From assembly GCA_016748015.1 (NCBI GenBank), contig JAAOMT010000597.1, forward strand, positions 496,001 to 560,000: a stretch of DNA of 64,000 nucleotides. Direction: 5' to 3'. Numbering within the stretch: the first letter of the stretch is position 1; each line of letters opens with the position of its first letter. Positions 56,895 through 64,000 of this stretch are shown here, in pieces. Below the pieces are notes generated by a model. It saw only the letters and a list, made by a program, of their open reading frames with translations, was not told the DNA's origin and ran no database searches. The stretch is from Geosiphon pyriformis uo1. Taxonomy: Eukaryota > Fungi > Glomeromycota. Position numbers and translations under genes: made by a program.

Positions 56895-57483
56895 TGACGA
56901 AAACTTCAGGTATGGACGAAAAAATGAGTTCTGGTTTGTATCTATGAAAACGATTAAAATATACTTTCCTTTGCATTTATTAGATTTAACTCCGTCTTCC
57001 AAATGTATTAATGACGAAGCAAAAGGTTAATGTACAATAAAATACTGCATTCTTAATTATGATGTTAATTAATTCCCGTACTAGTCATCAGGGATATTTT
57101 GTAAAAAAAGGTATAATGCCTAAAACTTTGAATGAAAGCACACACATTTTATTGTATTTCGGATTTCAAAAGGTCGTTCTTTTTTGACACTCAATGTTCC
57201 GGCTATATAAATAAAACAAAATCTTTTTGCACCAGAATTCTTCGATCATATTAAAGTTCTGCAATATATCATGGTTATATTTCATTTGGTCATGCTGATG
57301 TAGAAATTATATCACAGCGGATGTTCACGCGTGCTAGTAAGCCGCAATTATTCAATTAATTTATGTAGGTTAAGTCTCAAGTTGCCACTTCACTTATTAG
57401 GATAGTTTATTTTAAAAATAACTTGCTCTTTTTCTTGCGCAATTCAGGTTATGTCCTAAACCTTCTCAAGAATAAGACATAAA

Positions 57484-58663
57484 ATGGTGCCTTCTCAAAA
57501 ATCCTCGGATTCAAATTATAGCAAAGAAAACGAATCTAGTGTCACCAGCTCCGAGTGCTACTCGGCCAGAGGTGATTTATATATGGTTTCATGTATTTTA
57601 TATTAATTTGATTATTTTTAAAACTAAATTTCTTTGAAGCCTCTATGCAAGGTCGCCCTCGTAAGGACTTATGGATCTCATCAGAAATCGATGAGATCCA
57701 TGTATACCCAAAAGAAAGAAAAATATTTTGGAAACAATACGGAAGGATGAGCTTCTTATTCCGTTATTTATTAGTCAATATAACTCTTTCATTTCCTGAT
57801 CAAAGAAAATACGTCTCGATCGAATTCAAGGATGTAGAAGATATTCGGATTCTCCCGGGAAACGGCAGATTTATGGTCGAATTGGCCAAAAACTATATGC
57901 TCCATGTTTGCTTCAAGTTTATATTGGGTTTTTTACGTGGAAAACGGTAGAGATATGGTTAAATAAAATTTAGTTTTTTTATAGTCCTCGTGGAAGGCCT
58001 GGTGGTAGAATATCTTGTCCAGTGGATGAATCGGAAGACCCTAGCAGAGGAAACCTTTGGGGTGCTAAACGCCTGGTTTTCAAGTGCCGTTATGACGATC
58101 TAGCGTCACTAAAATTGATAAGAGCCGGATTTTATAAAATCAAGTTTGAACAAAAAGCGACAATTGATTTCTCTCAACAGAGCAATAAATGCCAAAAAGT
58201 GATTATTCCATTCACGTTATAAGATCGTTTAATTTGACGTTAACTTGTTTATTTGTTTCATTAGGTGGAAATCGATGAGAGTGGTCTGAGTGCTTCAGAT
58301 AAAACAAAATTTTCCAAAGATTCGAAATCCAATAACCTTGTAGGTGGTCATTTATTTGCATATACTCTGAGACTAAATTACTAATTTTTTTGATAATTCT
58401 TCAATGAGCTAAATATTAGGTGCGTTTTCTCGTACGGCAAGCGAGATATCAGTCTCCCAAAAGAAGCTTCCTTCCATAAACTTTTAAAGGAGGTCGAAGA
58501 AAAGACCCGAATTCATCCTACCATTGCTAAATATAGGAACAAAACCGGGAATGAATTCGACATCACAAACGAGATGCAATGGTGGATTGCTAAAAATAGC
58601 ATCTACGGGGAAGGAAATGGTACAATTGAATTAGCTTTTGATTCCCTAGCATTCACGGAATGA
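57484..58663 (+). CDS. Uncharacterised multi-exon protein with a C-terminal PB1-like domain; approximate exons 57484-57571, 57640-57905, 57974-58198, 58265-58339, about 58409-58663
   Basis: First three introns are GT-AG and in frame. The last exon reads IRCVFSYGKRDISLPKEASFHKLLKEVEEKTRIHPTIAKYRNKTGNEFDITNEMQWWIA, a PB1-like pattern. The last junction is uncertain (needs a GAG acceptor). Confidence 0.6.
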
Positions 58664-60779
58664 TTTATTAAGAATGGCTTCGAGGTTGATGTTTGAAAAT
58701 GATTCGAGATTTTTTAGAGGTTCAAGAAAAACAATCTTAGGGTGTATTTATTGAAGAGACTGGCGAAGTTAGATGTATTTAAAAAAATTGTACTTCTAAG
58801 AGAGTTTCATGATAGATTGTTTTGGATCTTGAAACGCTTAAATCATTTAATTAATCAATAATCGATTAATGATAAAACTTTTGGTACAGATAAAATTTTG
58901 CATAAAACATAGCTTCCGTCAGATTCTTCGTATCCAAATTTCTTTGCTTATTTGTCACTAGCAAAATTTATTGCGCAACCACCTCTGGTCTACTAATTTG
59001 AAGCTCTTTTATCCACTTTTATAATTATTATTTGAAAAGCTTTCTTGAATTCAAAATACCCTATCAGGTTATCTTTTAAATAGTAAAGGAAGTACAAGTC
59101 ACTTTGGTAGCAATATTAAATACCCAAGTTTGATTATCATATTGCGGGAATCCCAAAATATGCGTAAAAATTTATTATGAGAACGAGTAGTGGAAATGTA
59201 CTACGTCAATCCAAATAATAATAAAGGACACAGAATTTAACATTAAATATTAAATTTCTCCCCAAAAGAGGATGAGAGGCTAATTAAAATAAAGTAATAA
59301 ACAATAAAGTAGAAACCTATTCATTGATTCTTGGAATTCTATGACTATATCTCATTTGACTAAATGTTATCATGTAAATCATTAATTCAGCCCACTACAA
59401 GTGTTCCAAGCCGTGCTTTGCTAATTTGAGCCAAGATTTGGTTATCCCTCATGTAGAATTTACTTTTCAACTCGTCAGCTGAAAGTACACAAATTGAAAA
59501 AAGAAAAAGTTGATTACATTTTTAATTCATAAGTTTAATTAATTGCTTGGAAATATTCGAATCAACAAGTCCAAAATTAAAAGCAAATTTAACTTTAGAA
59601 AGTGCTTTGTTGTATCTTGAAAAATTAAAAGTAAAGGACATATATCAATCATGTTATATAAAAAAAGGGTTTTAAAGGGTTGTTCAAATGATTAAAGTAA
59701 ACATTTATGTCAATATTTTTTGCGGAAACTTTGGAAATTTGATGTTTATGTCATTAAGGGGAGATTTTTAACGGATTTTCGATGCTTAAAATTATTTACG
59801 TATTGTTTAAAGATATACTTGATTTCTTAGCTCTTGAAAAAACTTGTTCTTATTTGTTCATATCATTGTGCATAAGTTTATTCCTGATTTTACTGAAACT
59901 TCAGGAATCTTTCTCAAAAACTAATAGATGGTAACAGGAAAAACGATCGGATCCAAAAAACGATAGGAATTACTATTCAAGAGTAATCCAAAATATATAT
60001 ATCCGATTTTCTTCTTGGATGAAGGTTTGAAACTGGCATTGAAAAGTTCGAAGATCAAATTTTAAACACGTTCTTAGTCTCGTTCCTCTAACCATTTATT
60101 ATTATTGTTTCAGTGAGGACAGGTCATCCTAAAGTAAGAAAGATGTGGTTATGTAGATACCGCTCAAACTCTTTATTTCACAGGAACAGTTTAAAGTAAT
60201 TAAATTGAGATCTTTTCTAAAAAAAGCATTTTCTTTATGTTGTTTCTTAATGTCAATAGAGAATGAGCTGTGTACAATAATTACGTTCTAACTGCCTAAC
60301 TAAGGATGCCCATGTGGGAGAATACTTAGAATTTTTTCTCTTTGAATGTGCCCGAAAATGATGCGAATTCTATGAATAGAATAATTCCTTGTTATTCTAT
60401 GGTTTTAAAACGGCTCTGGCGATTGATTATTATTATCAATTATTAAGATCAAAATCCTTGTAAAAAATGTCACCTTTGCTCCGTTTAATGATAATAAGTT
60501 ACTAACTTATTATGCAGAATTGTGTATTACAAATTTGGCATCCTAGAAACACTGCCACATGCTTCCTGTTCTGTTGGTCCTATTTAAATCGTCCCAACCG
60601 AAATGCAATGTGATTCTATTGCCAAACAATCGGATTTCTCATGCTAAATTATATATAAAACACCTTGCAACAATTAATCATAGTTCTGCATTTCTTTTTT
60701 GTCGCCATTTTAAATAACATTCTCGCCATTTTTCTTCTATCTCCTTATTCGCTTCCGTTAAAGAAGAGCATCAACCATT

Positions 60780-61901
60780 ATGTCCTCTATATCTTCTTAT
60801 AACGATAGCAAAACGCATGGTCCGTTGAACGAACTAGCAAAATCATTTTTGATAACAATAGACCGAGGAACAAATTTAGCGAAAATAAAGAGTGAAATAC
60901 GGGAACATGTAAAGACCAAAACTACCGTCGAACCTAAAATCTTATTAGAAAATCTCCATCGGCCAAGGTATCAAAAACAATTTCGATGTTTATTAGGATA
61001 CTGCTATGAGACGGGAGCACTAGGTGCCAAAGTGAATTTACGTAAAGCTATCGCCGAATATAAAGTAGCAGCCGAAAATGATTATGGTTATGCACAATTT
61101 TTACTTGGAAAATGTTACGAGAACGGTGTAGGTTTAGAGAAAAATGGCTTACAAGCATTTCGTTTATATGATAAAGCTGCGAAATCTGGTAATACGGCAG
61201 CGCAATTTGCTGTTGCTTGTTGTTATCGATCCAAAATCGGAACGGGAAGGGACGATTCCAAAGCTTTTTACTGGATGCAGAAAGCTGCTGATGGTGGTCA
61301 CGTAATCGCTCAGTGTCGTATTGGATATTTTTATGATGAAGGTATAGGAACGACTAAAGATAAATCAAAAGCATTTTTCTGGTATAAGAGAGCTGCCGAG
61401 GCTGGGGAACTTTTCGCTCAAGCAACTGTCGGCTATTGTTATGAATATGGATCTGGAACCCCACGAAATCAAGTAAACGCTTTTTATTGGTATCAGAAAT
61501 CTGCTGAGGCTGGGTTAGTGAGTGCACAATTCAATCTAGCTAAATGTTTTGAGGAAGGGAAAGGGACGGATAAAAATGGCGAAAAAGCTTTTTATTGGTA
61601 TAAACGAGCCGTTGATGCTGAATATGCTCCAGCCAAAGTGAATCTTGGTCATTGTTATCGTACTGGGCTTGGTACATCAAAAGATCCCGTGAAAGCCTTT
61701 TATTGGTATAAACAAGCGGCCGATAATGGTCGTCCAATCGCTCAATATAATCTAGGGAATTGCTACCAACATGGTATTGGTATCGCTGTTAATGTTGAGG
61801 AAGCGAAAAAATGGTATTCAAAAGCTTCTGAGAATGGCCACGAAAATGCAGCAAAAGAATTAGAAAAGATAATGAAAGAAGAAAGGAGTAAAGTAAAGTG
61901 A
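60780..61901 (+). CDS. Sel1-like repeat (SLR) protein, single exon, 373 aa
   Basis: About eight 36-aa repeats of the form AQxxLGxCYxxGxGTxKDxxKAFYWYxKAAxxG. Confidence 0.95.
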   Translation: MSSISSYNDSKTHGPLNELAKSFLITIDRGTNLAKIKSEIREHVKTKTTVEPKILLENLHRPRYQKQFRCLLGYCYETGALGAKVNLRKAIAEYKVAAENDYGYAQFLLGKCYENGVGLEKNGLQAFRLYDKAAKSGNTAAQFAVACCYRSKIGTGRDDSKAFYWMQKAADGGHVIAQCRIGYFYDEGIGTTKDKSKAFFWYKRAAEAGELFAQATVGYCYEYGSGTPRNQVNAFYWYQKSAEAGLVSAQFNLAKCFEEGKGTDKNGEKAFYWYKRAVDAEYAPAKVNLGHCYRTGLGTSKDPVKAFYWYKQAADNGRPIAQYNLGNCYQHGIGIAVNVEEAKKWYSKASENGHENAAKELEKIMKEERSKVK

Positions 61902-64000
61902 GGCGTCCAATCAGTGAGATTTGTAATCATCCTGCATATAGTGAGATTGTGAAATACTGTCCCGATATCAAATAGAGACTTTTACTTGGCCAAGAATCAA
62001 GCCGGAACATTCTTTAATTCCTATTTGAAAATATGTTTAAACTATAAAAATTTGATAGCCTAAATTCCTTGTCAGTTTCCCAAATCGTTTTTCGTATTCT
62101 TTCTTTATTAGTAGGCTAAAAGGTTTTTCGATTGCAAACGATTTCGTGGAATGACTATCTGCTCATAGAAGGTCGAAATGCAAAAAAGGATGAATATGAC
62201 TACTTTCGAACTAAGATGAAAGAAACAACTACTCGATCAGAAGATATTCATGTGACATTAGATACTGAAACAGACAGTTAAAATATTCAGTCATCGGGTT
62301 GGTCACTTGCCCTTTTGCCACTTTAGATTTTCAAGTCAGATAGTCAAAACAAATTCATCAAAAAACCTTTGGGACTTTAACCAGATGAACTTCATGCCCT
62401 TCACTTCCAAATGTCCGCAGATAACTTGGACAAAAAATGATTGTTAATAACAGTTGTGAATGGAATTTTAAAACAAAATTTCCCAGTTCCAAAAATATTT
62501 AGCGATCAACTTTGTAAAGGAAAGCCTAATTTTTTCCGTAACAACTTTTTCAAAAAAATAATTTTGAAAACCATGAACAATGAAAATCAACAAAGCTATA
62601 ATTCCTAGTTAAAAATGATATTTTCCATTATTTGTTTATAATACCAAAAAAATTCACCCTTTATCTGAAATGAAACACAGGACTCTCATGACCCTCAAAA
62701 TGCTTCCCAAATAACACAACTCCTTAAATGTCGTTTTTGATGGTCGACTCAACCTGAAATTTTGATTGTCTTGAATCAAAGTTCTTTCCTGTATGACATG
62801 AATGATACTCCATTAGAAATCTTTCAGACTGTGTTGCTCAAACGCAACAGTCATTCTATGGAGAAATTCATTCTTTTACTGATCATCCTGAAAAAGTGAT
62901 TGCCACCACTTATCCTCTTAACTTGCCTCAAAGTATAGAAAGATTTTTTGAATGTTTATAGTGTCTTATTGGCTGTAACTCACGAATGGTAACAAGAATT
63001 TCGAATCGTCAAAAAAGCTATGTAGAATGTTTGGTAAGAATTCTATCAGCCTTCGACAAATGATTGGGAAAGTTTAGAGAATTGGCAATGAGAACTCTGA
63101 GATAGTTATAAACTAAAAGTGCTACTGATCAGTTGGCTCCATTCATATTTTTTCAAAATGATCCCCAAGATTACATCAGTCTTTCCTTGATGCAAAAAAA
63201 TTAAAGTTCTTTTCATCTTTTTATGGAATCGACAGCTTTCAAAGGGATCAAAAACTGTAAAGGTCTTGAAATGAAATTTCGCCTTCTTTTTTCAGTATTT
63301 ATCGGGTTTTAGATTGAGCTGCCTAAAAAATTTAAGTTCTATACTCTGTTTCGAATATTTGTACGCTTTCATCTCAACTTGCTACCCTTGCTTCTATACT
63401 ATCCGATACCTGCAATCGGTTCATATTTATGATGTGTTATTACAAGTCCTGGTCTTATTTCCATGATTGCGAAAACTTGAATCAAACATTTAAGGGTCAT
63501 TAGAACCTTTCAATGTGGAATTATGAGCTTTTCAGTAATGATTTTTATTATTCATTACGTTTTGTTCCTTTCGTCACCAACTGACTGATACTTTTATGAA
63601 TGCTTCCAATTAAGATCATTCTCAAGCTCGAAAATTACATTGTCAGCTTGGTATACAACTAAACGTATTAGGCCATCAAATTTTAATTAAAATAGAACAA
63701 AATTTTTAACATCTTCGAAATGTTACAGGAAAACAAATTTTAATGAACAACCGTGACTTTGAAAACTGGGTTGCTTTTTCCGTTTCTTTTGATACACTTT
63801 TAAGTATTAACAAACCATCCTTTTTTCAATTTAGTATTCAAAATTTTTTACCAAAATATAGTTATGATTCATATATTTGGAAGCAAAAAGTATTGATTCT
63901 TCAAGAGATTTGATTATAGGAAAAGAGTTTTAATCAATAACTTTTTTTTTGAAAATTTATTAATCATCTTTCACCTATATAGGTTTGCATAATGACAAAT

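Noticed and set aside
62100-63600. Moderately GC-rich stretch resembling decayed coding or TE sequence
   Set aside because: Stops in the frames I tried and no recognisable motif.

Overview
AT-rich, intron-containing fungal genomic DNA. The gene families present (expanded tyrosine-kinase-like kinase, Sel1-repeat protein, long-N-terminus TRP-like channel) point to Glomeromycotina (arbuscular mycorrhizal fungi); this is an inference. I reconstructed ten spliced protein-coding genes by hand: two divergent DUF202/YidH-like paralogs, a TRP-like ion channel, three paralogous NmrA-like/Rossmann-fold proteins, a CorA (ALR1/MNR2-type) Mg2+ transporter, a TKL kinase, a PB1-like protein and a Sel1-repeat protein. 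Also present are a pseudogene, two TA-flanked MITEs, extremely AT-rich degenerate blocks, many microsatellites and an assembly gap (4061-5050). The standout is the three-gene NmrA-like family. All three lack the glycine-rich nucleotide-binding motif, carry Arg/Asp/Gly-rich disordered insertions and an independently amplified tandem-repeat tail on a dedicated last exon, end in a peroxisomal targeting signal (ARL, AKL, AKL), and share a TATA + TCAC(C)AATTGC core-promoter motif. They are a candidate undescribed peroxisomal condensate, structural or arginine-storage system.
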